A stretch of DNA of 59,711 nt from Crocinitomicaceae bacterium. GTDB lineage: Bacteria; Bacteroidota; Bacteroidia; Flavobacteriales_D; Crocinitomicaceae. The notes below the pieces were generated by a model. That model was not told the origin of the DNA. It saw only the letters and a program-made list of their open reading frames with translations, and did no database searches. Positions 15,908-26,608 of the stretch are shown in pieces (the stretch's first letter is position 1; every line of letters begins with the position of its first letter). Made by a program: the position numbers and the translations under genes. Location: the NCBI GenBank assembly GCA_044345395.1, contig JBIJBD010000001.1:1-59711 (forward strand), given 5' to 3'.

Positions 15908-16699
15908 TTACAACAAACGGAAAATAAAAAATAATCCTGCAAGCAACCAAATGAGATTATCGTAGGCATAATTTGACTTAACAACGCAGCGTTCGATGAA
16001 AAGCCAACTAATTAAATAAAGAGCCCCTATAATAGCACCGTCGACTACATGCACTGAAACTGAAAAAAAAACCACTGCCAAAAACGCTAGTAAAAATGAT
16101 CCGCGCTTTGCATTCTTTACACCAAAACGGTTAGGAAATGTTCGCCATTCCCGTGGATCAATTTCCTTATCTTTTATATCAGAAAGAATTGCCAAATGAG
16201 CAAAATAGAAGAAAAATCCAATTCTAAAATATGTATCAGATGGGTAATCATGTATTACCGAAGAGGGAAAAATAATTAGAACAAATGTCCAAGCGCTAGC
16301 GACAAAAAATGCTTTTGTATAAGGGATTTTTCGAATAGTAAATTGTTGAAAAGGAGATAAATAACCAACTGTTAGTATGACAACCAATAGACTATAAACA
16401 TCAAATGAATTGTAGAAGGTTGTATATGCTAAATAACCTAGTAGAAACAACTGTATACCAAGTAATAGCAGCATTAACCTTACTGATTTCTCTTGCCAAA
16501 TTGCCCAATCAATAGGTAATTGCTCGAACTTCCACTTAATTAAACGATGTAATCCATAGATAAAAAAAACAGCCGAAAATACAAATACACCCCACGCTAT
16601 GTAATCTATAGGATTATTAACGAAAACCATTGACAAAAAAGCAGCTGACAAACCCAATAAGAAATTGGAATTCACTACATGAATCAAAAGCTTATGCAT
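15908..16699 (-). CDS. Polytopic membrane protein, possibly UbiA-type prenyltransferase-like
   Basis: 263-aa ORF with about 8 hydrophobic segments and one DIKDKEID (DxxDxxxD) motif. The first Asp-rich motif is not convincing. Confidence 0.45.
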   Translation of the reverse strand: MHKLLIHVVNSNFLLGLSAAFLSMVFVNNPIDYIAWGVFVFSAVFFIYGLHRLIKWKFEQLPIDWAIWQEKSVRLMLLLLGIQLFLLGYLAYTTFYNSFDVYSLLVVILTVGYLSPFQQFTIRKIPYTKAFFVASAWTFVLIIFPSSVIHDYPSDTYFRIGFFFYFAHLAILSDIKDKEIDPREWRTFPNRFGVKNAKRGSFLLAFLAVVFFSVSVHVVDGAIIGALYLISWLFIERCVVKSNYAYDNLIWLLAGLFFIFRLL

Positions 16700-17681
16700 T
16701 CGATAATAATGCGTTCAACACCTTTGAAACAGGGATTTGCTCTATACACAAACAATTTTTTCTTTTTCTACAGTTCGGGCAATTTTCATCAAATGTTATC
16801 CAGGTGCTGTTCTTTCCGAGTGCATGCCATCTACCTGGGTGAATTGGTCTTTTCTCCGAAAATAAACCAACAGCTCGTATTCCGCAAAATCCAGCCAAGT
16901 GATAAGGACCTGTTGAGCATGCGACTAGGCCATTGACTTTACTAATCAATAAAATCAATTGCGCCAATGAAAGATGACCTGATGTGTCAACTACCAACGG
17001 ATGACTGGGTAACATTTGTCGAAAAAAATTACCCTCTTCTTTTGTACCTGTAAATAGCACAGGAATTTGACGTTTTATCAATTCAACAGTCAAAGAAAGA
17101 TAAGATTCAACGGGCCACTCCAATGCACTTCCCTTGGACTTTGGATGTAAAATAATTGCCTTTTTTAAATCGATGGTCGAGAGAATCTCGGGTAATTCGA
17201 TCGGTTTTACTTGAAAATACCGGGTATATTGTTGAAGCGCTTGTAATTCTGGAATCGTTGACAAGCCGAGGGGCTTCAGTAGATTGAAATTCAATTGTGC
17301 TTCATGTAACTCTGATTTTTTTCGTGTGAAACTTACCCGTTTATTGCATGTAAGTAAATGAAACGCGCGGTGAGAGGTTCCAATGCGCAAAGGTACTTTA
17401 GCCTTTTTTGCCAAAGAGGCAATGATTTTATTTGGAAATACATGTAGAATAGCATCTGCTTGTAATAGCGCTATTCGCTGACTTGTTGGCAGATTTAGCA
17501 ATTCCTCTTCCGAGAGAAATTCATCAATTATTGTATAGGCCTCGGAAATTTGACGCGTATATTCCTTTCCCAAAAAAATAATTTTTAATGTTGGAAATCT
17601 CTCCTTTAGCCAAGCACAAACAGGCAATGTAAGAAGAACATCACCGATACTATCTGTTCGGGAAACGATGATCTTATTCAC
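16692..17681 (-). CDS. Glycosyltransferase family 9 (LPS heptosyltransferase-like)
   Basis: 329-aa ORF. The N-terminal SRTDSIGDVLLTLPV and the overall layout are typical of GT9. Confidence 0.8.
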   Translation of the reverse strand: MNKIIVSRTDSIGDVLLTLPVCAWLKERFPTLKIIFLGKEYTRQISEAYTIIDEFLSEEELLNLPTSQRIALLQADAILHVFPNKIIASLAKKAKVPLRIGTSHRAFHLLTCNKRVSFTRKKSELHEAQLNFNLLKPLGLSTIPELQALQQYTRYFQVKPIELPEILSTIDLKKAIILHPKSKGSALEWPVESYLSLTVELIKRQIPVLFTGTKEEGNFFRQMLPSHPLVVDTSGHLSLAQLILLISKVNGLVACSTGPYHLAGFCGIRAVGLFSEKRPIHPGRWHALGKNSTWITFDENCPNCRKRKNCLCIEQIPVSKVLNALLSNA

Positions 17682-18441
17682 GTTCTTTTTTTATTATTTT
17701 TCTTAATTCCTGGTATTTCAACGCATTTGATTTAGCGCTGATATACGCAATATGCCAACCGGCTATTCCATCCAAAATGCCCAATTTAAATATATACATT
17801 GAAAAAAATCGCGATATTGAACGCAAGTAAGGACTTAAAAAAGATGCCTTTCTTCCCTGTTCGGCATATTTTTTTGCAGTAAGTATAGAGTATTTATTTG
17901 CTCTTTCTAGGTGTTGCTCCCGAGATGTATAGGAAAAATGGTGTAATCTTCCATTCACTTTACTAACTTTCAAATAATGAGGTACAAGTAACTCTTCGTG
18001 AACGATTTCATGATTCCATTTCACCAGTTCTTTAGGAAATATTCGAATTTTCCAGTCTGGATTCCAACCTGAAAAATAAATCCATTTACCACAATAATTT
18101 GTAAGGCGATTAAGTAAATAAACTCCGTTGAAACCCGATACTTTCAGGCGATAAATATCCTCAATCATTTCTGCATCGAGGCATTCATCAGCATCAAGAG
18201 ATAAAATATAAGGGTAACTCGCCAACGCATTGCCAGCATTTTTAGTTTCCGAATAACCCTTCCATTCAGTAGAAATAAATCTCACGGGAAAAGTTTTACA
18301 AATCTCTTCAGTTCTATCTGTTGAATGCGAATCCATTACAATAACTTCATCGGCAATTGAGCGCACGGATTCTAAACAACGTGCGATGTGTTGTTCTTCA
18401 TTATAGGTGATAATGACTATTGAAAGTTTATTGGACAGCAT
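17674..18441 (-). CDS. Glycosyltransferase family 2
   Basis: Start placed at ATG 18441-18439 (MLSNKLSIVIITYNEE), giving a TAATG overlap with the upstream gene. It has the LSLDADE (DxD) motif. Confidence 0.8.
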   Translation of the reverse strand: MLSNKLSIVIITYNEEQHIARCLESVRSIADEVIVMDSHSTDRTEEICKTFPVRFISTEWKGYSETKNAGNALASYPYILSLDADECLDAEMIEDIYRLKVSGFNGVYLLNRLTNYCGKWIYFSGWNPDWKIRIFPKELVKWNHEIVHEELLVPHYLKVSKVNGRLHHFSYTSREQHLERANKYSILTAKKYAEQGRKASFLSPYLRSISRFFSMYIFKLGILDGIAGWHIAYISAKSNALKYQELRKIIKKERE

Positions 18442-19493
18442 TACACTAATTTGACACTTTTCCAGACAGCTTGTATTTCTCTGAGAAAGTGAGTCCAACT
18501 AGTGGTAGATGGAGCATCTACATAACCACTAATACAAATAATTTTTTTCGTGCGCGGATGTACAAAATGGAAAGCCCAAAATGCGCCACCCGTTGTATGC
18601 ATTTTTTTTCCCACGAAATGAAACATACCACGCATTTCAAGACCGCTAACCGAACCATCAACATTCGTCGTTTTTGTCATTTCTGGATAGACTAATTTAA
18701 CATATTGGGTGCCCATATACAAACCTTCCGTTTCATGAGGGACATTGTAACGTAACATTGTATCCCTTGCACGCAGGAGGCTTTCCAAAGTTAATTGACT
18801 AGAATCTATGAAGTCATATTGATAAATCATGACACCCTCCCAAATAGTTCCAACGTCTTGTTTACCAATATTGGGAAACTCAATAGGCCTTGAAGCAGGT
18901 GGAAATTCAATCCTGTAAAAATTCTTATTTGATGATACAATACCTGATCCATCGGGAAGTTGCACATCTATACCAAAGGTTTGCTTTACATTTTGCTGAA
19001 CGTGAGAGTTTTCCTCTTCTGAAAATCGCGCAATCAACCGCTTCCATTCGCTTTGATCAAAGTAATCGTGTGCTTTATCCATTGTTTTACTCTTTAGTAA
19101 ATCAATGAGCTGTTTTTTATCTTTTGCATTGATCTCCATGATCGCTTGATCGTATGCCCAAGCATCCTTAATCACATTCAATTCAGCCGTTTTTTTTCCG
19201 TAGCCAGGGACGATGTTTATGACAAGAACATTTCGGTGTCTTTTAATTCCACCATCAAAGGTGGTATGATTTCTATGCACCAATTCAAAGGTGGAAACAT
19301 CAGGAAAATACGGCATAATGAAGCGCGTCATCGAGGAATCTAATGCTTTTTTTATTTCGGGAGATTCCCAAATTTCGTCATCGGCAACGATTAACAATTC
19401 CCCAATTTTTCCTGTAACTTGAAGCCCGTCATCTTTATATCGACCACATGAAAGTAAAAGAAATATCGAGGATAGAACGGTTAATATTCTCAT
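18441..19493 (-). CDS. Lipoprotein, DUF4837-like (from memory, unverified)
   Basis: 350-aa ORF with a signal peptide and lipobox LLLSCG. Confidence 0.55.
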   Translation of the reverse strand: MRILTVLSSIFLLLSCGRYKDDGLQVTGKIGELLIVADDEIWESPEIKKALDSSMTRFIMPYFPDVSTFELVHRNHTTFDGGIKRHRNVLVINIVPGYGKKTAELNVIKDAWAYDQAIMEINAKDKKQLIDLLKSKTMDKAHDYFDQSEWKRLIARFSEEENSHVQQNVKQTFGIDVQLPDGSGIVSSNKNFYRIEFPPASRPIEFPNIGKQDVGTIWEGVMIYQYDFIDSSQLTLESLLRARDTMLRYNVPHETEGLYMGTQYVKLVYPEMTKTTNVDGSVSGLEMRGMFHFVGKKMHTTGGAFWAFHFVHPRTKKIICISGYVDAPSTTSWTHFLREIQAVWKSVKLV

Positions 19494-21031
19494 TTTACTC
19501 TTAATTTTTGTCCCACTTGAATTCTATTGACCTTGACACCAGGATTTAATTTCTGTAGTTGACTAATTGTTAAATTATGTTTTTGAGCTATCCTACTGAA
19601 ATTATCACCGGATCTTACCGAGTAATATTTCTTCTTTGGAGGAGGAGGTTTTACAGGCGTTGAATTTTGTTGGGTTTGGGTGGTTTGATTCTGTGCAACA
19701 ACTTCATCACTGAAAACTTTTAATTTTTGTCCGACATATAAATTTGTCGTTCGTAGTGCATTCCATTCCATAATTTGCTGTATAGTTACATTGAATTTCA
19801 ATGAAATAGTTTTCAGGTTATCTCCAGGTTTAACCTTGTAATATTGCAAATTTTTAGAAGGGATTTTGGTTGAATCAATACTTCCCGGTTCAATAATAAG
19901 TTGTGTCGTATCACTCGGCACAAATGAATTGGTGTCTTTCTGAACAGGTGTTACTAGAGGTTCTGGATTGTAGATACTTTTCTCCAACGCATAAAGTGAA
20001 TCCTCCATGCCAACCAATAAGGTAATTTGTGCAAATGGACCAGTTAAACACTTTGCAGGTTTTGCTTTAGGTATATAAGTGGTTTTATACACTGGATTTA
20101 ACGACTTTATCTCTTCCAAATCCCAACCAATCAGTTTAGCAACAGTATTCATATGGATTGCCTGTTTAAGGCACATCGTATCTAATTCTGCGTTATGAAC
20201 CTTGGCCTCTAGTGGAATTATATTATGTTCCGCATGATAGGTCATTAAATAGGCTGCCGCTATGAAATTTGGCACATACCCTTGAGTTTCTGTAGGTAGA
20301 AAAGGTCTTACCGCCCAATAGGTTGATTTATTTCCTGATTTTCGAATGGCTTTATTTACGGTACCTGGACCTGCATTATAGGCTGCTAGAGCCAAATTCC
20401 AATCGCCGTATATGCCGTACAACTGACGAAGGTACCGACATGCCGCATCTGTTGACTTTTCAGGGTCCATGCGTTCATCGATATAAGAATTTTCTTCCAA
20501 GCCAAAATATAAGCCCGTTTTATACATAAATTGCCACAAACCCAATGCACCAGCTTTTGATTTAATTTGCGGACGAAGGCCACTTTCGATTACACTTAAA
20601 AAACGTAACTCAATCGGTAATCCATATTCAGCTAGTTTTTCGCGATACATATCGAAATAAAGGGCTGAGCGCCCCATGGCTATTCGAATAAAACTCCTTC
20701 TTTCTCGCGCAAAAAACCGAATGGTTGAAATGGTAGCTTGATTGCACTCCAAATGAAAAGGTGTCATTTCGTTCATTTTTTGCAATCGCTCGCAAATTTG
20801 TTCATCTGAAAAACTCGGGATTTCGCCCGGTTCATATTTTAGGGCACTGATAATGGAATCATACCGAAGATCGTTTGTATAATCGGCATAAAACAACTTT
20901 AACGATTGCTCTACTGTATTTAAAAAAGCCTCTCCTTTTAGCGAATCTGAAGGTTTGCGTAGATGTGCTGGTTTTTGGGCAACTCCAAGGAAAGTGCTAG
21001 CTATTAAAACGAGTAAAATGCTCCATTTCAT
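19490..21031 (-). CDS. Lytic transglycosylase (SLT domain) with two C-terminal LysM domains (MltD-like)
   Basis: 513-aa ORF with a signal peptide, SLT motifs ESGLRP..GLWQFM..AYNAGPG, and LysM repeats YYKVKPGDNLKTISLKF and YYSVRSGDNFSRIAQKH. Confidence 0.85.
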   Translation of the reverse strand: MKWSILLVLIASTFLGVAQKPAHLRKPSDSLKGEAFLNTVEQSLKLFYADYTNDLRYDSIISALKYEPGEIPSFSDEQICERLQKMNEMTPFHLECNQATISTIRFFARERRSFIRIAMGRSALYFDMYREKLAEYGLPIELRFLSVIESGLRPQIKSKAGALGLWQFMYKTGLYFGLEENSYIDERMDPEKSTDAACRYLRQLYGIYGDWNLALAAYNAGPGTVNKAIRKSGNKSTYWAVRPFLPTETQGYVPNFIAAAYLMTYHAEHNIIPLEAKVHNAELDTMCLKQAIHMNTVAKLIGWDLEEIKSLNPVYKTTYIPKAKPAKCLTGPFAQITLLVGMEDSLYALEKSIYNPEPLVTPVQKDTNSFVPSDTTQLIIEPGSIDSTKIPSKNLQYYKVKPGDNLKTISLKFNVTIQQIMEWNALRTTNLYVGQKLKVFSDEVVAQNQTTQTQQNSTPVKPPPPKKKYYSVRSGDNFSRIAQKHNLTISQLQKLNPGVKVNRIQVGQKLRVK

Positions 21032-22428
21032 AGTTCTTTCTCAAGTTTTTTAGCAAAATTCAAAAGGAAGGCATCATTAAAATTTTCAGCCATTAATTGT
21101 AATCCATAGGGAAGGCCATTTGTGTGAGTTTTCCATGGTAAGCTCAGAGCAGGATTTCCTGCTAGATTGGCGTGTACCGTAAAAATATCTTGTAAATACA
21201 TTTGTATTGGATCAGAAATCGCATGCAAAGCAAAAGCCGTACCAGGAGTTGTTGGCATTATGATGGCATCACATGTGGCCAATATTTCTTTCGTTTTCAA
21301 TTGAATAAGCCTCCGTACTTGTTGTGCCTTAGCATAATAGGCATCGTAATAGCCATGAGAAAGCACAAATGTACCCGCCATAATCCGCCGTTTGACCTCT
21401 TTTCCAAAGCCTTCGGATCTTGATTTCGTATAAGTCTCTTCTACACCTTTTGCCTCGTTGCTTCGATATCCAAAATGCACCCCATCAAATCTTGATAAAT
21501 TGGAAGAAGCCTCCGCTGTTGATAACACATAATATGTCGGCACCAATTGTTCCATTAATGGAAAACTAAATTCTTCAATGATGTAACCTGTGCTTTTTAA
21601 CTTTTCTATGGTTAAAAGCAAGGCGTTTTTTACCTCAGGATCTAACCCAGGGTGATGCATATATTCTGAAATAATGGCAAGTCTACCTTTTTCAGTTGTG
21701 TAATGGTCCCAATTTTTAGAAGAAGAGGTACTATCTAACGGATCTTTTCCTGACATTAATTGGGTCACAAGTTCAATGTCTTCTAACGAATTTGCAAAAG
21801 GGCCAATTTGATCGAATGACGAAGCATAAGCAATCAAACCATAACGACTCACACGGCCATAAGAAGGCTTAAATCCATAGGTTCTGGTCCATGAAGCCGG
21901 TTGGCGAATAGAACCACCTGTATCACTTCCTAAGGAAAAGGTACACAATCTTGCAGATACTGCCACTGCAGATCCTCCTGAGGATCCTCCTGGGACTTTA
22001 TCTTCGTCTAAATTATTTTTAACAGGCCCGTAATATGATGTCTCATTGGAACTACCCATCGCAAATTCATCACAGTTCAAGCGACCAATGACAATGACAT
22101 CCTCATCGATTAATCGTTGCAAAGCGGTTGCGGTATAAAGCGATTCAAATCCTCCTAATATTTTTGAGGACGCCGAAACTTTATGATCTTTAAAACAAAT
22201 ATTGTCCTTAATGGCAACTACGCAACCTGCAAGTAAACCTGCGGTGCCTAACCGTAATTTTTCATCTATTTCTTTAGCACGTTGAAGGGCCTCTTTTTCA
22301 TAGGTTTCGATGAACGCATTTAAGTGTTGATGAGCTCTAATTCGCTCAAGATAGTTTTCTGTAATTGACAAAGCAGATTTACCGGATCGCAAAGCTTCCT
22401 TTATCTCACTTATCGAACCGTATGCCAT
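21028..22428 (-). CDS. gatA: Asp-tRNA(Asn)/Glu-tRNA(Gln) amidotransferase subunit A
   Basis: 466-aa ORF with the amidase signature GGSSGGSAVAV...GSDTGGSIRQPAS. Confidence 0.9.
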   Translation of the reverse strand: MAYGSISEIKEALRSGKSALSITENYLERIRAHQHLNAFIETYEKEALQRAKEIDEKLRLGTAGLLAGCVVAIKDNICFKDHKVSASSKILGGFESLYTATALQRLIDEDVIVIGRLNCDEFAMGSSNETSYYGPVKNNLDEDKVPGGSSGGSAVAVSARLCTFSLGSDTGGSIRQPASWTRTYGFKPSYGRVSRYGLIAYASSFDQIGPFANSLEDIELVTQLMSGKDPLDSTSSSKNWDHYTTEKGRLAIISEYMHHPGLDPEVKNALLLTIEKLKSTGYIIEEFSFPLMEQLVPTYYVLSTAEASSNLSRFDGVHFGYRSNEAKGVEETYTKSRSEGFGKEVKRRIMAGTFVLSHGYYDAYYAKAQQVRRLIQLKTKEILATCDAIIMPTTPGTAFALHAISDPIQMYLQDIFTVHANLAGNPALSLPWKTHTNGLPYGLQLMAENFNDAFLLNFAKKLEKEL

Positions 22429-22631
22429 TATTTTTCTTCTGCGTCTGTTTTAGAAACTTCCGTTGAGGAGGAGCTACTATCATTCCCTTTCGAAGCATCT
22501 TTAAACTCTTTTACTCCCCTTCCTAATCCCTTCATTAATTCGGGAATCTTCTTTCCTCCAAAAAACAATAACACAATCACTAAGGCAATGATCATCACTT
22601 GACCTGGTCCTACTACTCCTAAAATGTACAT
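22428..22631 (-). CDS. tatA: Twin-arginine translocase TatA/E-family protein
   Basis: 67-aa ORF with one TM helix then FGGKKIPELMKGLGRGVKEFK. An internal Met 13 is an alternative start. Confidence 0.8.
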   Translation of the reverse strand: MYILGVVGPGQVMIIALVIVLLFFGGKKIPELMKGLGRGVKEFKDASKGNDSSSSSTEVSKTDAEEK

Positions 22632-22693
22632 ATCCTTGTATTTAGTTAAAACAAAGCTAACAATTAATCTCCAATTGGATTTCCCAAAGGATG

Positions 22694-25345
22694 TTATAAT
22701 TTTCTTGCCACTTCCACTTCCTCAAAGGCTTCTACGATATCACCAATTTGAATATCATTGTATTTGTCGATATTTAAACCACACTCGTAATTGTTCTTCA
22801 CCTCTTTTACATCGTCCTTAAATCGTTTCAGAGAGCCTAATGTTCCTGTATGCACAACTATTCCATCGCGAATTACACGAACTTTTGAAGATCGCTTAAT
22901 CGTACCATCCAGTACATAACATCCAGCAATTGTACCGACTTTTGTAATATCGAATGTTTCTCTTATTTCCGCAGAACCGGTAATTTGCTCTTCAATATCA
23001 GGAGATAACATTCCCTCCATAGCCGCTTTTAATTCCTCAATTGCTTTGTAAATAACGCTATATAGTCTGATGTCAATTTGTTCATTCTCAGCTAGTTTTC
23101 GGGCGCTTAACGATGGCCTTACTTGGAAACCAATAATGATGGCATCTGAAGCTGAAGCGAGGTTGACATCCGCTTCAGTAATTGCTCCTACTCCCTTGTG
23201 AATGATATTTACTTGAATTTCCTCTGTCGACAAGTTCAGTAAAGCATCTGATAATGCTTCAATTGATCCATCCACGTCACCTTTCACAATCACATTGAGT
23301 TCTTTGAAATCTCCAATAGCCAATCGTCTTCCGATTTCGTCGAGGGTTATGTGTTTTGTGGTGCGTAAACCTTGCTCTCTATACAACTGTTCTCTTTTCT
23401 GTGCAATAGATTTGGCTTCTTTTTCGTCGTTTAGTACATTGAACTTATCACCGGCATTTGGTGCGCCATTAATACCTAATACGGATACTGGTTGTGCTGG
23501 TCCGGCTTCTTTCAATGCCACACCATGTTCATCGTGCATAGCACGCACTCTACCATAATGTCTACCAACCAAGATGACATCACCTACACGCATAGTTCCT
23601 GCTTCAACGAGCATATTGGTAACATAACCTTTCCCTTTGTCGAGGGAAGATTCAATCACCGTGCCTAATGCATTTTTATTTGGATTTGCTTTTAAATCTA
23701 ATATTTCTGCTTCAAGCAAAACTTTATCTAACAACAAGTCAATATTCAAGTTTTGTTTTGCAGAGATTTCTTGACTTTGGTATTTACCTCCCCAATCTTC
23801 AACTAAAATATTCATAGCCGAAAGCTGTTCACGTATTCTGTCTGCATTAGCGCCTGGCTTATCAATTTTATTGATAGCAAAAATCATAGGCACATTTGCT
23901 GCTTGTGCGTGAGAAATAGCTTCTTTTGTCTGAGGCATGACGTCGTCATCTGCCGCAACAATAATGATGGCGACATCGGTCACTTGAGCCCCCCTTGCAC
24001 GCATCGCGGTAAACGCTTCGTGACCAGGAGTATCTAGGAAAGTCATTTTTCTACCATCTTTCAATGTCACAGAATATGCTCCAATGTGCTGAGTGATACC
24101 TCCGGCTTCCCCGGCAGTTACATTTGCATTACGTATTTTATCAAGAAGGGATGTTTTTCCGTGATCAACGTGACCCATTACCGTAATAATCGGTGGTCGA
24201 GCTATGAGATCTTCTTCTTTATCCTCTATGAGTTGAATCGATTCTTGCACTTCTGCACTGACAAACTGAGTTTCATAGCCAAATTCATCGGCAACAATCT
24301 GTATGGTTTCTGCATCAAGGCGTTGATTAATTGAGGCAAATATTCCTAGAGACATACAAACCGAGATGACTTGTGTAGGAGCAACGCTCATCATTGAAGC
24401 CAATTCCGAAACAGTTACAAACTCTGTAAGTTTTAAAATTTTATCTTCTAATTCCGCAAGCTCCATTTCCTCTTGACGACGCTGTGCGACCAAGTCTCTT
24501 TTTGACCTTCTATTTTTTGATGCTTTTGATTTGGAACCCTGATTAGAAAGTCTAGCCAAAGTCTCCTTGATTTCCTTTTGAATGTCCTGCTCTGAAATTT
24601 CTTGTTTCTCAACTTTTGGACCTTTGGCAAATTTATTCGCAGTTTGTTGATTTGCTGTTGGATTTACTTCAACTTTTTTAATCCTTTTTCTTTTTTTCTT
24701 CGAATTAGCATCCTCTGATGTAGAAGCTATAGGTGTTTTAGGTTTTTCTACAGGTAGGTCAATTTTGCCTAATACGGTAGGGCCTGACAATACTTGGCGT
24801 TCAAAACGAATTGTTTCTATCTCTGGTGCTTTTTCCTCTACAGATTTTTCAACTTCTAATGGAGCAGTAATAATTGGTTCTTCAATAGATTGTTCTTCCT
24901 TTTGTTCTTGAACTATAGGTTCGTCTTTCTTTTTATCCGGACGAGTTTTCTGATTTAACGCCGATAGATCTATTTTTCCAACTACTTGAATTTTAGATTC
25001 TCCGGAAGGCTTTTGTTCTCCAGAAGATAAAATTTGACGTTTGATTTCCTCCACATTGATTTCCGTGTCCTCTTCTTCTTCAACCTCTTCTGGTTGCTCA
25101 GTAGACTGAATATCCTCAAGAGAAAGTGTTTCGCGTTTCTCTCGTCTGGTTGAAACTTTTGCTTGCTCTTTGAGATTTTGATCAGCAGCGAATTCCTGAC
25201 ACAATAAATCAAAATGGTCGGCTTCTAACTTCGTGTTTGGATTTATATCAATCTTAATTCCTTTCGATTGAAGAAAATCTACTAATGTTTGTATTCCTAC
25301 ATTGAGTTCGCCGGCGGCCTTTCCTAAACGGATTGGTTTTCCCAT
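22694..25345 (-). CDS. infB: Translation initiation factor IF-2
   Basis: 883-aa ORF with G-domain motifs GHVDHGKTSLLD, DTPGH and NKID. Confidence 0.95.
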   Translation of the reverse strand: MGKPIRLGKAAGELNVGIQTLVDFLQSKGIKIDINPNTKLEADHFDLLCQEFAADQNLKEQAKVSTRREKRETLSLEDIQSTEQPEEVEEEEDTEINVEEIKRQILSSGEQKPSGESKIQVVGKIDLSALNQKTRPDKKKDEPIVQEQKEEQSIEEPIITAPLEVEKSVEEKAPEIETIRFERQVLSGPTVLGKIDLPVEKPKTPIASTSEDANSKKKRKRIKKVEVNPTANQQTANKFAKGPKVEKQEISEQDIQKEIKETLARLSNQGSKSKASKNRRSKRDLVAQRRQEEMELAELEDKILKLTEFVTVSELASMMSVAPTQVISVCMSLGIFASINQRLDAETIQIVADEFGYETQFVSAEVQESIQLIEDKEEDLIARPPIITVMGHVDHGKTSLLDKIRNANVTAGEAGGITQHIGAYSVTLKDGRKMTFLDTPGHEAFTAMRARGAQVTDVAIIIVAADDDVMPQTKEAISHAQAANVPMIFAINKIDKPGANADRIREQLSAMNILVEDWGGKYQSQEISAKQNLNIDLLLDKVLLEAEILDLKANPNKNALGTVIESSLDKGKGYVTNMLVEAGTMRVGDVILVGRHYGRVRAMHDEHGVALKEAGPAQPVSVLGINGAPNAGDKFNVLNDEKEAKSIAQKREQLYREQGLRTTKHITLDEIGRRLAIGDFKELNVIVKGDVDGSIEALSDALLNLSTEEIQVNIIHKGVGAITEADVNLASASDAIIIGFQVRPSLSARKLAENEQIDIRLYSVIYKAIEELKAAMEGMLSPDIEEQITGSAEIRETFDITKVGTIAGCYVLDGTIKRSSKVRVIRDGIVVHTGTLGSLKRFKDDVKEVKNNYECGLNIDKYNDIQIGDIVEAFEEVEVARKL

Positions 25346-25366
25346 ATCGTTTTCTTTTCTTTAAAT

Positions 25367-26602
25367 TTATTCAAATTCTGCCTTCAAAATTTTGAAGACT
25401 TCTTCTATTGTTTCTTTTTCTAAATCCGTTCTAGAAACTAATTCTTCTATGCTTATTTCTAGTACTGATTTCGCAGTGTCACAACCAATTGATTTGAGTT
25501 CGTCGATAATCCAGCTATCGATTTCATCTGCAAATTCTTCTAAATCTACATCATCGATATCGACTTCTCCGTCGCGATACACATCAATTTCGTAACCGCA
25601 TAGTTTACCAGCTAACTTAATGTTATGCCCACCTTTTCCTATTGCTAAAGAGACTTGATCAGGCTTTAAAAATACCTTGACTCTGCCTTCGTCTTCCAAA
25701 ATTTCCATTGAAGACACCTTTGCAGGGGATAGTGACCGTTGAATTAATAATTGATTGTTGGTTGTAAAGTTTATCACATCGATATTCTCATTTCTAAGCT
25801 CACGAACGATCCCATGAATTCTAGAACCCTTCATTCCGACACATGCACCTACAGGATCAATTCGATCGTCATAGGACTCAACAGCAACTTTTGCTCTTTC
25901 CCCTGGTTCGCGTACAATTTTCTTAATAGTTATTAAGCCATCAAACACCTCAGGAACTTCTAGCTCAAATAACCTTTCTAAAAATTCAGGAGCTGTTCTC
26001 GAAAGAATAATAACTGGCGTGCTATTACGCATATCTACTTTCGCTACAACGGCACGAACTGATTCTCCTTTTTTGAAAAAATCTGCAGGTATTTGTTCAG
26101 ATTTTGGTAAAATAAGCTCGTTGTTGTCGTCATCCATGACAAGGATTTCTTTTTTCCAAACTTGGTATACTTCTCCGGTAACAATTTCTCCAATTCTCTC
26201 TTTGTATTTTTTGTAAAGGTGATCTTTTTCAAGCTCCAAGATTCGTGAAATTAAATTCTGACGAAGTGAAAGAATGTTCCTTCGTCCAAAATCAGCAAAT
26301 TTAAATTCTTCTGTTACTTCCTCACCGATTTCAAAATCAGGTTCAATTTTGATTGCGTCAGAATAGGCTATTTCGGTATTAGGATCTTCCACTTCGCCAT
26401 CGTCTACAATTTCCTTATTTAAAAATATTTGCACATCCCCTTTATCAATATTAACGATAATATCAATGTGCTCGTCTGTATTAAATTTCTTCTTCAACAT
26501 TGCTCGAAAAACATCTTCCAAGACATGTTGCATGGTTTGTTTGTCGATATTTTTTAACTCTTTGAACTCCGAAAATGAGTCAACTAATTCAAGACTATTC
26601 AT
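25367..26602 (-). CDS. nusA: Transcription termination/antitermination factor NusA
   Basis: 411-aa ORF with S1 and tandem KH regions (GACVGMKGSRI, AIGKGGHNIKLA), in rimP-nusA-infB order. Confidence 0.95.
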   Translation of the reverse strand: MNSLELVDSFSEFKELKNIDKQTMQHVLEDVFRAMLKKKFNTDEHIDIIVNIDKGDVQIFLNKEIVDDGEVEDPNTEIAYSDAIKIEPDFEIGEEVTEEFKFADFGRRNILSLRQNLISRILELEKDHLYKKYKERIGEIVTGEVYQVWKKEILVMDDDNNELILPKSEQIPADFFKKGESVRAVVAKVDMRNSTPVIILSRTAPEFLERLFELEVPEVFDGLITIKKIVREPGERAKVAVESYDDRIDPVGACVGMKGSRIHGIVRELRNENIDVINFTTNNQLLIQRSLSPAKVSSMEILEDEGRVKVFLKPDQVSLAIGKGGHNIKLAGKLCGYEIDVYRDGEVDIDDVDLEEFADEIDSWIIDELKSIGCDTAKSVLEISIEELVSRTDLEKETIEEVFKILKAEFE

Positions 26603-26608
26603 ACACTT

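Noticed and set aside
15862-15984. N-terminal 41-codon extension of the second small HTH ORF, and the similar 19-codon extension of the GT2 ORF at 18442-18498
   Set aside because: Both extensions overlap the upstream gene out of frame. Internal ATGs give products that align with paralogues or homologues and produce typical stop/start overlaps.
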